Source: an uncultured delta proteobacterium (GTDB taxonomy: Bacteria > Myxococcota_A > Polyangia > Palsa-1104). Taken from it: a stretch of 64,000 nt of DNA. The position numbers were made by a program, and so were the translations under genes. Where the stretch lies: NCBI GenBank assembly GCA_963785725.1, contig CAWAWS010000006.1, positions 64,001 through 128,000 of the forward strand, given 5' to 3'. Shown one piece after another: positions 1 through 13,066 of the stretch (position 1 is its first letter; every line of letters begins with the position of its first letter). The notes beneath the pieces are model-generated. The model did no database searches. It worked only from the letters and a program-made list of their open reading frames with translations, and had not been told where the DNA came from.

Positions 1-161
1 GCGCCGGGCAGCGCGGCCGAGATGTTGATGGTCGGGAAGTCGACGCGCGGCAGCGGCGCCACCGGCAGCTGCGTAAACGCCGCGCCGCCGGCGATCATGA
101 GCGCGAAGGCGAGCAGAAACGTCGCCACCGGCCGCCGAATGAACGGCTCTGAGATGCTCAT
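1..161 (-). CDS. mdtC: RND efflux transporter permease MdtC-like, N-terminus (runs off window edge)
   Basis: Manual translation from ATG at 161 gives [53 protein letters not shown], a paralogue of the upstream RND N-terminus. Confidence 0.85.
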   Translation of the reverse strand, partial: MSISEPFIRRPVATFLLAFALMIAGGAAFTQLPVAPLPRVDFPTINISAALPG

Positions 162-183
162 CGCGGCACCTTCGACGTGCCGC

Positions 184-3100
184 TCACGGCGTCACGACAG
201 GCGCAGCCGGCTCGCCTTCGGGCGTCGTGCCGCTCGATGACGACGACTCGGTGGCGCGCTTCCCCTTTTTGCCGAGGCGCGTGAGCTTGTCCATGTACAA
301 ATAGATGACCGGCGTCGTGTACAGCGTCAGGATCTGCGACAACAACAGGCCGCCGACGATGGTGATGCCGAGCGGACGGCGCAGCTCCGCGCCCGTGCCG
401 GTGCCGAGCGCGAGCGGGACGGCGCCGAGGAGCGCGGCCATCGTCGTCATCATGATCGGCCGGAAACGCAAGAGGCAGGCCTGAAAGATCGACTTCTCGG
501 GCGACATCTTCTCGACGCGCTCGGCCTCCAACGCGAAGTCGATCATCATGATGGCGTTCTTCTTGACGATGCCGACGAGCAGGACGACGCCGATGAGCGC
601 GATGACGTCGAACTCCGCGTGGCAGACGATGAGCGCGAGCAGCGCGCCGACGCCGGCCGACGGCAAGGTCGACAAGATCGTCAGCGGGTGAATGTAGCTC
701 TCGTACAAGACGCCGAGCACGATGTAGACCGTCAACAGCGCCGCCAACAGCAGCACCGGCTCCGACGCCAGCGAATCGCGGAACGCCGAGGCCGCGCCCT
801 GGAAGTCGCCGTGAATGCCCGGCGGCTCGTCGATCTCGAGCATCGCCTGGTTGATGGCGTCGACGGCTTCGCCGAGCGAGATGCCGTTGTTGGTGTTGAA
901 CGACAGCGTCACCGACGGAAATTGCCCTTGATGGCTGAGCTGCAGCGCGGTCGCCTTGTTCTCGTAGTGCGCGAACGTCGACAGCGGCACGGCGTTGCCC
1001 GTCGTCGAGGTGACGTAGATCTTGTCGAGCGCGTCGGGCGACTGCTGATACTCGGGCTTGACCTCGAGAATGACGCGATAAAGGTTCAGCTGCGTGAAGA
1101 TCGTCGAGACGATGCGCTGCCCGAACGCGTCATACAGCGTGTCGTCGATCGCCTGCGGGCTGACGCCGAGCCGCGACGCCGTGTCGCGATCGATCGTCAG
1201 CGCCAGCGACAGGCCGCCCATCTGCTGATCGGACGCGACGTCGACGAGCGCCGGCAGCGTCTTCAGCTTCGCCAGGATCTTGGGCGCCCACTGGTTGAGC
1301 TCGTCGGGATCGGCGTCTTCGATCGTGTATTGGTACTGCGTTCGCGACAGCCGATTGTCCATCTGTAAGTCCTGCACCGGCTGCATGTAGAGCGTGATGC
1401 CTTGCACCGACTGCACCTTCTGCTGCAGCCGCTTGATGATCGTCGTCGCGTCGTCGGACCGGTTCTCGCGGGGCTTGAGCGCGATCGAGAAGCGGCCCGA
1501 GTTCGTCGTCACGTTCGTGCCGTCGGCGCCGATGAACGACGCCACCGTCGCCACGTCCGGGTCGGCCATGATGATCTGGGCCAGCGCCTGCTGCCGCTCC
1601 ATCATGCGGCTGAAGCAGACGTCGGGCGCCGCCTCGGACACGCCGGTGATGAGGCCGGTGTCCTCGATGGGGAAGAATCCTTTGGGCACGATGTAAGCGA
1701 GCAGGCCGGTGAAGGCGACGGTCGCCAAGGTCGCGATGAGCGTCGTGCGGCGATGGCGCAGGCACCAGCCGAGCGTGCGCTCGTAGAAGCGCGTCGTGGC
1801 GTCGAAGCCGCCTTCGAAGGCGCGCGCGAACGCGCCCGGATGCTCCTCGGCGTGCGGCTTGAGCAGCCAGCCGGCCATCATCGCCGTCAGCGTGAGCGAC
1901 AGGATCGCCGAGACGATGATGGCGATCGACAAGGTGACGGCGAACTCGCGGAACAGTCGACCGATGAGGCCGCCCATGAAGAGCAGCGGAATCAACACGG
2001 CGACGAGCGAGATCGTGAGCGACATGATGGTGAAGCCGATCTGCCCGGCGCCTTTGAGCGCGGCCTCGAACGGCCGCTCGCCCTCTTCGACATAGCGCGC
2101 GATGTTCTCGACCATGACGATGGCGTCGTCGACCACGAAGCCGGTCGAGATGGTCAGCGCCATGAGCGACAGGTTGTTCAGCGAGAAGCCGCACAGGTGC
2201 ATGATGCCGAAGGTCGCGATGAGCGACAGCGGCACGGCGACGCCCGGGATGATCGTGGCGCGCCAGCTGCGCAAGAAGACGTAGATGACGCCGACGACCA
2301 GGAACACCGTCAGCACCAGCGTGAACTGCACGTCCTTGACCGACGCGCGCACGGTCTCGGTGCGATCGGTCAGGATCTGCACGTCGATTCCTTGCGGCAT
2401 CGAGGCCGACAAGGCCGGCAACAGCTTCTTGATGCCGTCGGTGACGGCGATGATGTTGGCGCCCGGCTGGCGCTGGATGTTGATGATGACCGCGCGCTTC
2501 AGCGTGCGCGCCGGTGTCGCCGGCGTCGCTTCGGCCGAGCCGGCCCAGCCGGCGAGCTGCTGATTCTCGACGCCGTCGACCGCATTGGCGATGTCCGACA
2601 GCCGAATCGGCGCGCCGTTCTTGTAAGCGATGACGAGCGTCTTGAAGCTGTTGGCCTTGTCGAGCTGATCGTTCGTGGCCAGCGTGTAGTCCTGCCGCGG
2701 CCCGTCGACGTTGCCTTTGGGCGCGTTGACGTTGGCGGCGGCGAGCGCGAGCCGCACGTCCTCGAGCGCCAACCCCGTGCCCGCGAGCGCCAGCGGATCG
2801 ACCTGCACGCGCACCGCCGGCTTCTGCCCGCCGTTGATCGACACGAGGCCGACGCCCGAGACTTGCGCGATCTTCTGCGCCAGCACCGAGTCCGCGTAGT
2901 CGTCGACCTGCGACAAGGGCAGCGTGTCCGAGCTCACCGCCAAGGTCAGCACCGGCGTATCGGCCGGGTTCGACTTCGAGTAGGTCGGCGGCGCCGGCAG
3001 CGTCGGCGGCAGCAGGTTCGACGCGGCGTTGATGGCCGCCTGCACGTCCTGCTCGGCGGCGTCGATGTTGCGATCGAGCGAGAACTGCAGCGTCACCTGC

Positions 3101-3366
3101 GACGACGCGAAGCTCGAGATCGACGTCATCTGCGTCAACGACGGCATCTGCCCGAACTGACGCTCGAGCGGCGTCGTCACCGCCGAAGCCATCGTCTCGG
3201 GCGACGCGCCCGGCAAGGTCGTGGCGACGACGATGGTCGGGTAGTCGACCTGCGGCAGCGCCGCGACCGGCAGCTGCTGGTAGCCGACCATACCGGCCAG
3301 CGCCACGCCGATCATGAGCAGCGTGGTGGCGACCGGGCGCCGAATGAAAGGCGCCGAGATACTCAT
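184..3366 (-). CDS. mdtB: RND multidrug efflux permease MdtB/MuxB-like
   Basis: 1060 aa; [12 protein letters not shown] start, [14 protein letters not shown] and [13 protein letters not shown] motifs; sits between the MFP gene and a second RND gene. Confidence 0.92.
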   Translation of the reverse strand: MSISAPFIRRPVATTLLMIGVALAGMVGYQQLPVAALPQVDYPTIVVATTLPGASPETMASAVTTPLERQFGQMPSLTQMTSISSFASSQVTLQFSLDRNIDAAEQDVQAAINAASNLLPPTLPAPPTYSKSNPADTPVLTLAVSSDTLPLSQVDDYADSVLAQKIAQVSGVGLVSINGGQKPAVRVQVDPLALAGTGLALEDVRLALAAANVNAPKGNVDGPRQDYTLATNDQLDKANSFKTLVIAYKNGAPIRLSDIANAVDGVENQQLAGWAGSAEATPATPARTLKRAVIINIQRQPGANIIAVTDGIKKLLPALSASMPQGIDVQILTDRTETVRASVKDVQFTLVLTVFLVVGVIYVFLRSWRATIIPGVAVPLSLIATFGIMHLCGFSLNNLSLMALTISTGFVVDDAIVMVENIARYVEEGERPFEAALKGAGQIGFTIMSLTISLVAVLIPLLFMGGLIGRLFREFAVTLSIAIIVSAILSLTLTAMMAGWLLKPHAEEHPGAFARAFEGGFDATTRFYERTLGWCLRHRRTTLIATLATVAFTGLLAYIVPKGFFPIEDTGLITGVSEAAPDVCFSRMMERQQALAQIIMADPDVATVASFIGADGTNVTTNSGRFSIALKPRENRSDDATTIIKRLQQKVQSVQGITLYMQPVQDLQMDNRLSRTQYQYTIEDADPDELNQWAPKILAKLKTLPALVDVASDQQMGGLSLALTIDRDTASRLGVSPQAIDDTLYDAFGQRIVSTIFTQLNLYRVILEVKPEYQQSPDALDKIYVTSTTGNAVPLSTFAHYENKATALQLSHQGQFPSVTLSFNTNNGISLGEAVDAINQAMLEIDEPPGIHGDFQGAASAFRDSLASEPVLLLAALLTVYIVLGVLYESYIHPLTILSTLPSAGVGALLALIVCHAEFDVIALIGVVLLVGIVKKNAIMMIDFALEAERVEKMSPEKSIFQACLLRFRPIMMTTMAALLGAVPLALGTGTGAELRRPLGITIVGGLLLSQILTLYTTPVIYLYMDKLTRLGKKGKRATESSSSSGTTPEGEPAAPVVTP

Positions 3367-3412
3367 CGACTCACTCCTGCGACTCCCGACAAATTCCGTC
3401 GATCAGCGACGC

Positions 3413-4678
3413 TCACTGGCCGCCTCCGCCGGGCGCGGTCGCCGGCGCCACGCCATCGGCCGGCTTCTTGTGCCCTCTGCCATCATGCACCTTGCCGTCG
3501 GGCTTGGTCGGCGTGTCACCCATGGCCGCCGTCGCCGCGTGCGCGTTGACGGTGACGCCCGGACGCAGCTGATTCTGCCCCTCGGTCACGATCTGCTCGC
3601 CCGGCGCGATGCCCTTGTCGATGACCGCCACATCCGCCGTCGTCAACGCCACCGTCACGTTGCGCTGCTCGGCCTTGCCGTCTTGCACGACGTAGACGAA
3701 CGTGCCGTTCGGTCCGCGCTGCACCGCCGCCGGCGAAATCACGATCGCGTTCGGCCGCGTCTCGAGCAAGAGGCGCGCCTTGACGAACTGATTGGGCCAC
3801 AGCAAATGCTGCGGATTCGGCACTTGGCACTTGAGCTTCAGCGTCGCCGTCGCCTGGTTGATCTGATTGTCGACGACCGCCAGCTTGCCCACGCCGAGCC
3901 GCGTCGCTCCGTCGCGGCTCCACGCCTCGACGGTGACCTCGCCCTTGCGCATCGCCGTCATGACGCGATCGAGATCATCCTCGGGCAGCGTCACGAACAC
4001 CGCCGCCGGATCGAGCTGCGTCAGGACGACGAGCCCGTTGACGTCGGTGGCGTGCACGAGGTTGCCGGCGTCGACCTGACGCACGCCGACGATGCCGTCG
4101 AGCGGCGCGCGCACCGCCGCGTAATCGAGGTTGAGCTTGGCGCTCTCGATCGCCGCCTTGTCCGTCGTCACCGCGCCTTCCGACTGGCCGACCAGCGACG
4201 CCTGATCGTCGACCTGCTGCTGCGCGATCAATTTCTGCTGCACGAGCGCGCGATAACGCTCCAAGTTCAGCTTCGTGTCGGCCAGCGACGCCGCGTCTTT
4301 GGCCAGCGCGCCCTCCGCCTGGTGCAGCTGCACCGTATATGGCCGCGGATCGATCTGCGCCAGCATCTCGCCCTTTTTGACCGTCTGTCCCTCTTTGAAG
4401 AACACCTTGTCGAGGCGGCCGTCGATCTGCGAGTGCACGATCACCTGCTGCCACGCCGAGACGCTGCCCAGGCCCTCGAGCCACAGCGGCACGTTCTGCG
4501 TCGTCGCCGGCGCGATCGTGACCGACACCGCGCGCGGCGCCTTGGCTTTGTCGGCCTCGGCCTTGGCCTTGGCGGCGTTCCCCAAGTGTCGATAGGTGGC
4601 GAAGGCGGCGATGCAGACGGCCGCGATGACGATGTACACCCAGGCCTTGCTGGATGATTTTGACGAGCTGGTCTCCAT
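3413..4678 (-). CDS. mdtA: RND efflux periplasmic adaptor MdtA-like
   Basis: N-terminal TM helix, lipoyl-like GQTVKKGEMLAQIDPRPY, coiled coil, LWPNQFV motif. Confidence 0.9.
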   Translation of the reverse strand: METSSSKSSSKAWVYIVIAAVCIAAFATYRHLGNAAKAKAEADKAKAPRAVSVTIAPATTQNVPLWLEGLGSVSAWQQVIVHSQIDGRLDKVFFKEGQTVKKGEMLAQIDPRPYTVQLHQAEGALAKDAASLADTKLNLERYRALVQQKLIAQQQVDDQASLVGQSEGAVTTDKAAIESAKLNLDYAAVRAPLDGIVGVRQVDAGNLVHATDVNGLVVLTQLDPAAVFVTLPEDDLDRVMTAMRKGEVTVEAWSRDGATRLGVGKLAVVDNQINQATATLKLKCQVPNPQHLLWPNQFVKARLLLETRPNAIVISPAAVQRGPNGTFVYVVQDGKAEQRNVTVALTTADVAVIDKGIAPGEQIVTEGQNQLRPGVTVNAHAATAAMGDTPTKPDGKVHDGRGHKKPADGVAPATAPGGGGQ

Positions 4679-4704
4679 TTTCTCCTCGGACTGCCGCCTG
4701 ACAC

Positions 4705-4721
4705 AGCAATCGCCGCGCCAC
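4705..4721 (-). promoter_or_regulatory. sigma54 (-24/-12) promoter for mdtABC
   Basis: Minus strand reads GTGGCGCGGCGATTGCT (TGGC-N7-TTGC, GG-N10-GC) about 27 bp upstream of the mdtA start; the divergent gene pair encodes a GAFTGA activator. Confidence 0.7.
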
Positions 4722-4853
4722 GGTAAGTGCTACCGCGACGTGGGTTTGCGCCGGTTCCGGCTGTATTCAAGCGATACAGGTGTCCTGATTGCCAACAATC
4801 GCAAGCCCCTTTGATGGCGCGCGACGGCGAAATGTTGCCGGTCCACCTCTTGC

Positions 4854-6254
4854 TTGGCAAGCGCCGACGTGGCAATCACTCCATTCATACGCCACCGCTT
4901 GGTCACCATCGCCTTTCTGGGCCTCGTTACGTCGGCCCTGGCGCTGTTCGCGCTCTATCGCGCGGTCAGCACGACGGTCGCCCTGCGCGTGCAGCGCGCC
5001 CAAGATCTCGTGGGCAACGAAGTCGACCGGCTCGCCAAGCTGCCGCCGACGACCGACTCCTTGGCGGCGCCGCCGTCGAGCACGTACGTCGGTCTGCGCG
5101 GCGGCTGGATGCAGTCACCGGCCGGCGCCGCGTCCGAGCCCGGCCTGCCGCCGGCGTGGGTCCCGTCGGTCGCTGACGTCGTCGGCCGCGCCGAAGCCAC
5201 GCACACCCGCGTCGAAGGCGTCGTCACCCGCTACGAGACCGGCCAGCTCGTCACCGCCGCCGCGCCGGCACCCGGCGGCGTCGCCTGGGCCGCTTACGTC
5301 GTCCTCCCGTTTTCGTCGCTCGAGACCTGGAAATGGGTCATCACTGCACTGGCCTTGTCCGCTGCCTTATTGGTGTTCACCGCCATCGCCACGACGCTGT
5401 CCTTCCGTCGCTCCGCCGGCGAGTTGAACGAGACCTTGACGCTCTTGGGCGGCGATCTGACGACGAAAGTGCCGCAGCCGAAGGTGCTCGAGCTCACCGG
5501 CATCGCCGACGGGATTCGCTCGTTGGCGGCGCAGCTGTTGACGTCGCGCGAGGCGACCGATCGCCTCGGGCGCGAGCTGGCGCAGCAGGAGCGGCTGGCG
5601 GCGCTGGGACGGGTCGCGGCCGGTGTCGCGCATGAAGTGCGCAACCCGCTGGCATCGATCAAGCTGCGGCTCGATCTGACGACCTCGGCGCACGCCTTGC
5701 CGGAGTCGGCCAAGAAGTCGATCGCCGCGGCCGCGGACGAGATCGCGCGCCTCGACCGGCTGGTGAGCGATCTGCTGCTCGTGGCCGGCAACAAGATCGG
5801 GCCGCGGCGCGCGCTCGACGTGGCCGAGCTCGTGCGCATGCGCGCCGAAGCGCTGGCGCCGTGGGCCGCGACGCGCCAAGTGAAGCTGCACGCCGTCGGA
5901 CAAGGCCGCGCCGACGCCGATCCCGAGTCGGTGGCGCGCGCGCTCGACAATTTGATGCGCAACGCCGTCGAAGCGTCGCCGGCCGACGCGCCGGTCGAGG
6001 TCGTCGTGCGGGCGCGCGAAGGTCGCGTCGACGTCGTCGTCGCCGATCGGGGCGCAGGCGTGGCGGAGTCGCGCGTGGGCGAGCTGTTCGAGCCGTTCTT
6101 CACGACGAAAGCCGAGGGCACCGGGCTCGGCCTGGCCATCTCGCGCGCCATCGCGCGCGCTCACGGAGGCGACTTGACCTACGCCCGCGGCGACGAAGTC
6201 ACGTCGTTCTGCCTGTCGCTGCCCGAGCGCGCCCCGCGCGCCGAGGCCGCATGA
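4854..6254 (+). CDS. Membrane sensor histidine kinase
   Basis: Two TM segments, H-box VAHEVRNPL, N-box NLMRNAVEA, DRGAG, FFTTK, GTGLGL. Confidence 0.92.
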   Translation: MASADVAITPFIRHRLVTIAFLGLVTSALALFALYRAVSTTVALRVQRAQDLVGNEVDRLAKLPPTTDSLAAPPSSTYVGLRGGWMQSPAGAASEPGLPPAWVPSVADVVGRAEATHTRVEGVVTRYETGQLVTAAAPAPGGVAWAAYVVLPFSSLETWKWVITALALSAALLVFTAIATTLSFRRSAGELNETLTLLGGDLTTKVPQPKVLELTGIADGIRSLAAQLLTSREATDRLGRELAQQERLAALGRVAAGVAHEVRNPLASIKLRLDLTTSAHALPESAKKSIAAAADEIARLDRLVSDLLLVAGNKIGPRRALDVAELVRMRAEALAPWAATRQVKLHAVGQGRADADPESVARALDNLMRNAVEASPADAPVEVVVRAREGRVDVVVADRGAGVAESRVGELFEPFFTTKAEGTGLGLAISRAIARAHGGDLTYARGDEVTSFCLSLPERAPRAEAA

Positions 6255-6343
6255 ACCCGCGCGCCGCGCGCCGAGGCCGCATGAACCCGCGCATTGCGCG
6301 CCGAGGCCGCATGATCCGCGCACTGCGCGCCGAGGGAATATGA
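6236..6343 (+). repeat. About 3.5 copies of a 30-bp tandem repeat duplicating the kinase stop / ATGA junction
   Basis: GCGCGCCGAGGCCGCATGA core at 6236, 6266 and 6296, with a degenerate copy at 6325. Confidence 0.85.
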
Positions 6344-7684
6344 CCGCCGTCCTCATCGTCGAAGACGAGCCAGGCCTGCGCGAAGGCCTCGTCGGCGCCG
6401 TCGAGACGCTCGGCTACGTCGCCGTGCCGGCGGCGGGGCTCGGCGAAGCGCGGCAGCGCCTCGGCCGCGAGCAGATCGACTGCGTCCTGCTCGACATTCG
6501 CCTGCGCGACGGCGACGGCCTCGAGCTCTTGCGCGAGCTGCGCAGCGGCGCTCATCGCGACGTGCCCGTCATCATCGCCACCGCTTACGGCGACTCCGAG
6601 CGCACCATTCGCGCCATGCGTGACGGCGCCTTCGACTATCTGACGAAGCCGTTCGACTTCCCGCTCTTGCTCGCCACCGTCAGCCGCGCGGTCAAGCAGC
6701 GCGCGCTGGCGGCCGCGCTGGCGCCGCCGGCGCCGGCCGCGGCGCGCGGCGGGCTCGTCGGCGCGTCGACGGCGATGCTCGGCATCTGGAAGCTCATCGG
6801 ACGCGCCGCAGCGTCGGACGCGCCCGTCCTCATCACCGGCGAAACCGGCACCGGCAAGGAACTGGTCGCGCGCGCCGTTCACGATTATTCGGCGCGCGCC
6901 AAAGAGCCGTTCGTTGCCGTCAATGTCGCGGCGCTGCCGGCGACGCTGCTGGAGTCGGAGCTGTTCGGCCACGAGCGCGGCGCCTTCACCGGCGCGGCCG
7001 CGCGGCGCGCCGGACGCATCGAAGCCGCCGGCGCCGGCACGCTCTTCCTCGACGAGATCGGCGACGTCGAGCCGGCCATGCAGTCGAAGCTCTTGCGCGT
7101 CCTGTCCGACGGCAGCTACGAGCGCGTGGGCGGCGACGAGCCGCTGACGGCGCGCGCGCGCATCGTCTCGGCGACGCACAAGCCGGTGCGCCCGGGCGAG
7201 CCCGGCTGCGTCCTGCGCGAAGATCTCTATTATCGCCTGGCGGTCATCGAGATCGAAGTGCCGCCACTGCGCGCGCGCAAGAGCGACATCCCGCTGCTCG
7301 TCGCCCACGCGCTGTCGGGCACGGCCGCGCGCGCCGTCTCCGAAGAGGCCATGGCGCGGCTGCTCGACCTATCGCTGGCCCGGCAACGTGCGCGAGCTCA
7401 TCCACGTCATTCAGCGCGCGGCGGCGCTGTGCGGCGGCGAGATCATCGACGTCTCGAACTTGCCCGAGCCGGTGCGCGTCGAGCGCGACACGCCGTCGCC
7501 GGCCGAAGCCGAAGGGCTGTCGCTGCGCGAGGCGCTGGCGGCGCTCGAAAAGCGCATGATCGTGCGCGCGCTCGAACGCGCCAACGGCAACCGCTCGGAG
7601 GCCGCCCGCCAGCTCGGCATCGGCCGCCCGCAGCTCTACGCCAAGCTCGACGAGCACGGCTTGGGCGGCGACAAGGAAAGCTGA
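6340..7684 (+). CDS. sigma54-dependent response regulator (REC-AAA+-Fis HTH); apparent +1 frameshift near 7369
   Basis: REC domain, GETGTGKE, GAFTGA, LFLDEIG; the (Y)RWPGNVREL motif and the HTH continue in another frame to the stop at 7684. Confidence 0.88.
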
Positions 7685-7767
7685 ACCGCCGAACCGCGCG
7701 TCAGTGAAGGAACGTTGCTAGCCGCGCGTTTGTTGTGGCGTTTGGCGGCGCGACATACAGTCGCAGC

Positions 7768-8367
7768 ATGCACATCCTGGCGCGTTCCATCGTCCTTCTG
7801 CTGGTGACCGCGGGCGCAGCGTCCGCCGACGAGACCATCTGCAAGGAGCTGCGCGAGCGCGGCTACGACGCCTGCTATCGGCAAAACGACACGGCGCGCA
7901 CCGAATGCGCCGACCGCTGCGGCCGCTGCGGCGAAGAGACCGTCAGCTGCTACAGCTACTGCGAGCACTTCTGCGACGCCAGCTCGCCCGAAGGCTGCGG
8001 CTTCGACTTGAACGCCTGTGTCTCGCGCTGCGGCCATCACTGCCACGAGCCCGCCTGCGAGGACAACCCCGCCTGTCGCAGCGCGTGGTGCGGCAAGGAC
8101 GCCGTCAAACAGTGCACCGACACCTGCCAAGCCGAGTACGCCGCGCAAGCGAGCTGCCGCGCCAACTGGTGCGGCGACGGCAAGGCGCGCAACGACTGCA
8201 TGAACGGCTGCGCCAAGAGCCGCGGCGCCGCCGACAGCTGCCGCAAGAGCTGGTGCGGCGACGGCAAGCCGGCGCAGCAGTGCTATCACGACGCCGACGT
8301 CACCGAGGATCAATGCCGCAAGCAGGCCGACGCCGGCTACAAAGCGTGCATGAGCAGCAAGAAGTAA
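7768..8367 (+). CDS. Secreted Cys-rich protein with three CRxxWCG repeats
   Basis: Signal peptide MHILARSIVLLLVTAGAASA; repeats CRSAWCG, CRANWCGDGK, CRKSWCGDGK. Confidence 0.75.
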   Translation: MHILARSIVLLLVTAGAASADETICKELRERGYDACYRQNDTARTECADRCGRCGEETVSCYSYCEHFCDASSPEGCGFDLNACVSRCGHHCHEPACEDNPACRSAWCGKDAVKQCTDTCQAEYAAQASCRANWCGDGKARNDCMNGCAKSRGAADSCRKSWCGDGKPAQQCYHDADVTEDQCRKQADAGYKACMSSKK

Positions 8368-8421
8368 ACGACCGTTTACTTCTGCGGCGCCGGCTCAGTC
8401 GCGAAGTAAACGCGCGCTGAC

Positions 8422-10366
<1,945 letters not shown>

Positions 10367-10377
<11 letters not shown>

Positions 10378-10765
10378 CGTCCATCTCCTTGCTGCCGTCG
10401 ATATAACGCCGAACCTCGTTCACGAAGCTGGCCACCTGAATGGGCTTCGACATGTAACCGCTGCACCCGCCGGCGAGGAAGCGTTCGCGATCACCACGCA
10501 TCGCGTGCGCCGTGAGCGCGATCACCGGCAGCCCCTTCCATGCCGGCTTGCGCCGCAGCTCGCTCACGAGGTCGAGCCCGTCGATTCCCGGCAAGTCGAT
10601 GTCCATCAGCACCAGCGCCGGCACTTCCCGCGACAGCGCCGTGCGCGCCTCGAACGCGTTGCGCGCGCAGTCGACGGTGAAGCCGGCCTCCTCGAGCAGA
10701 AACTGCGCCAGCTCGAGGTTCTGCTCGTTGTCCTCGATGAGCAATAGGCGAGTGCCGTCAGACAT
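10367..10765 (-). CDS. Single-domain response regulator (DivK/CheY-like)
   Basis: LLIEDN, LMDIDLPGIDG, TAHAM, SKPI; overlaps both neighbours. Confidence 0.88.
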
Positions 10766-12896
10766 GACCGACCTCCGCGCGCCGCAAGAGATCTTGCAGC
10801 GCATGCACCAGTTGCTGCGACGTCGCCACGCCATTGCTCTTCTGCAAGAGCGCGCCGATCTTGCCGTGCAGCCGCCCGCGTTCGTCGAGCGACAGATCTT
10901 TGTTCGTCAGCACCAAGATCGGCACGTGCGCCGTCTTCTCGTCCGCTTTCAACGCCGCCGCCACGTCGAAGCCGTCCATGCCGCGCATCATCAAGTCGAG
11001 GATGACGAGGTCGGGCGGTTGGCTCGACGCCCGCTTGACGCCGTCGGGCCCGTCCAGCGCGTGCTCGAGCGTGTAGCCGACCGGCGCCAAGGTCGCGTCG
11101 AGCATGTCGTGCAGCTCGGGATCGTCGTCGATGATGAGCAGGCGCGCCGTCGGCGTCGGCAAGAGCGCGCGCACACGACGCGCCAACACGCCGCCGTCCA
11201 CCGGCTTCGTGAAGTAGTCGTCGGCGCCGAGCGCGAGGCCGAGGTCGCGATTGTCGGCCATGATCGACACGATGATGACCGGCAGCTCGCGCAGCTGCGG
11301 ATCGGCTTTGAGCCGCCGCAAGACCTCCCAGCCATCGATGCCCGGCAAGACCAGATCGAGCGTCATCGCCGAGGGTTTGAGCGCGCGCGCCAACGTCAGC
11401 GCCTCTTCGCCGGTGCGCGCGCGCAGACAACGAAATCCGGCGCGCCCCAAATCGGCCGCGATCTTGTCGTAGCCCGTCGAATCATCCTCGACGATGAGCA
11501 CGCGCGGGCGGTGATCTTGCGACGTCATCATGTGCGGCAAGGGCGGCATCGTCACCTCGCCGTCGCCGCCGAACTGCCGCGGAATGAGCACGCTGAAGGT
11601 CGCGCCTTCGCCCAGCCGCGACGTCAACCCGACCATCCCGTAGTGCAGCTCGACGATGCTCTTGACCAGCGCCAGGCCGAGGCCGGTGCCTTGATGCTCG
11701 CGCGTCGAGGTGCCGTCCAGCTGCCGAAATTCCTCCCAAATGAGCTGATGATCTTTGGGGTCGATGCCCGGCCCACGATCGCGCACCGACAGCTCGATGG
11801 CGTCGACTTTGAGCGGGCTGTGGCGCGCGCGCAGATAATTCAGCGTCACCATCACCAGCGACTTGTCGGGCGAGAACTTCACCGCGTTCGACAACAAGTT
11901 GTAGAGGATCTGTTTGAAGCGAATCGGATCCGCCTCCAGCTGCGGCAGATCCGGCGGCGCGTCGACGTGAAACTCGATGCCGCGCTCGCGCGCCTGGCCG
12001 GTCATGATGTTGATGACGCCTTCGACCACCGACAGCGGCGAGAACGCCTCGACGTGCAGCTCGAGCTTGCCGGCCTCGACCTTCGACAAGTCGAGGATGT
12101 CGTTGATGAGCCCGAGCAGATGCGTCCCCGACGTGTGAATGTTGTCGAGAAACTTGAGCTGCTTGCCTTCCAGCTTGTCCTGCAGCCGCGAGCGCAGAAT
12201 CTCCGAGAAGCCGATGATCGAGTTGAGCGGCGTGCGCAATTCGTGGCTCATGTTGGCCAAGAACTGCGACTTCAGCCGATCGGCCTCGCGAATCTTCACG
12301 TTCGCTTCCGCCAGCGCCTGCGTGCGTTCGTCGAGCGCGTGCGACAGCCGCGTCAGCTCCGCCACTTTGCGCGACTCTTCTTCCTTCAGCTCGCTGATGT
12401 AGTGGCGCTGCCGCTTGAGCTGCGCGATGCCGCTCAAGCTGAAGTAGAAGGGCACGTACAAGAGCAGCATGCGCGCGAGCGCGTCGATGAAGTGCGCCGG
12501 CAGCTGTCCGAGCAGTCCGAGCACGACCATGTAGGCGAGGCTGGAGACGATGGCCACGATGAGGGCCGACACCGTCCCGCCCATGAACGCGGCGGCCAGC
12601 ATGTTGCTCAGGTACCAGATGTACCAAGGGCTCGTGATGCCGCCCGATAAGTAGACGGCGAACGAAATGAACAGCATGTCGAAGGCGACCGGCAGCCACG
12701 ACCGCGGCCCGGTCGCGGTGACGACGTCGCGGCCGGTGCGCAACACGAGGCTCGATAGACCGACCGAGACCAGGCTCGCCGCGTAGAGCACCATGAGACT
12801 GCGCCACGTGAGATCGAGGCAGCCGAGCGGCTTGAGGATCATGGCCAGGATCGCGCCCGCGGTATACGACGCCAAGCGGCTGCGCTGCAGCCTCAT
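10758..12896 (-). CDS. Hybrid membrane histidine kinase with two REC domains
   Basis: Multi-TM N-terminus, FLANMSHELRTPL, NLLSNAVKF, GTGLGL, two C-terminal REC domains; start uncertain. Confidence 0.9.
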   Translation of the reverse strand: MRLQRSRLASYTAGAILAMILKPLGCLDLTWRSLMVLYAASLVSVGLSSLVLRTGRDVVTATGPRSWLPVAFDMLFISFAVYLSGGITSPWYIWYLSNMLAAAFMGGTVSALIVAIVSSLAYMVVLGLLGQLPAHFIDALARMLLLYVPFYFSLSGIAQLKRQRHYISELKEEESRKVAELTRLSHALDERTQALAEANVKIREADRLKSQFLANMSHELRTPLNSIIGFSEILRSRLQDKLEGKQLKFLDNIHTSGTHLLGLINDILDLSKVEAGKLELHVEAFSPLSVVEGVINIMTGQARERGIEFHVDAPPDLPQLEADPIRFKQILYNLLSNAVKFSPDKSLVMVTLNYLRARHSPLKVDAIELSVRDRGPGIDPKDHQLIWEEFRQLDGTSTREHQGTGLGLALVKSIVELHYGMVGLTSRLGEGATFSVLIPRQFGGDGEVTMPPLPHMMTSQDHRPRVLIVEDDSTGYDKIAADLGRAGFRCLRARTGEEALTLARALKPSAMTLDLVLPGIDGWEVLRRLKADPQLRELPVIIVSIMADNRDLGLALGADDYFTKPVDGGVLARRVRALLPTPTARLLIIDDDPELHDMLDATLAPVGYTLEHALDGPDGVKRASSQPPDLVILDLMMRGMDGFDVAAALKADEKTAHVPILVLTNKDLSLDERGRLHGKIGALLQKSNGVATSQQLVHALQDLLRRAEVGHV

Positions 12897-13066
12897 GTTG
12901 CGCCGAACGGGTCCCAGATCGACCGCCAACGGGGCACCCCCAGGCCCTCGATTGTACACCTAACGTCGATGCTGGAAACTGCGCTGGGGCCTACAGTTCG
13001 GCGGACAAAGCGGAGGCGGGCGCGCGACGATCGGGTGGCGATCGTCGAATTCAGTCGGGAATTGGC

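Noticed and set aside
1402..3549. Long antisense or alternate-frame ORFs (e.g. 715 aa here, 10512-12650, 39734-41998)
   Set aside because: Arg/Ala-rich shadows of real genes, expected in high-GC DNA; no motifs
6236..6343. 30-bp repeats as a CRISPR array
   Set aside because: Contiguous tandem units without unique spacers, and no cas genes
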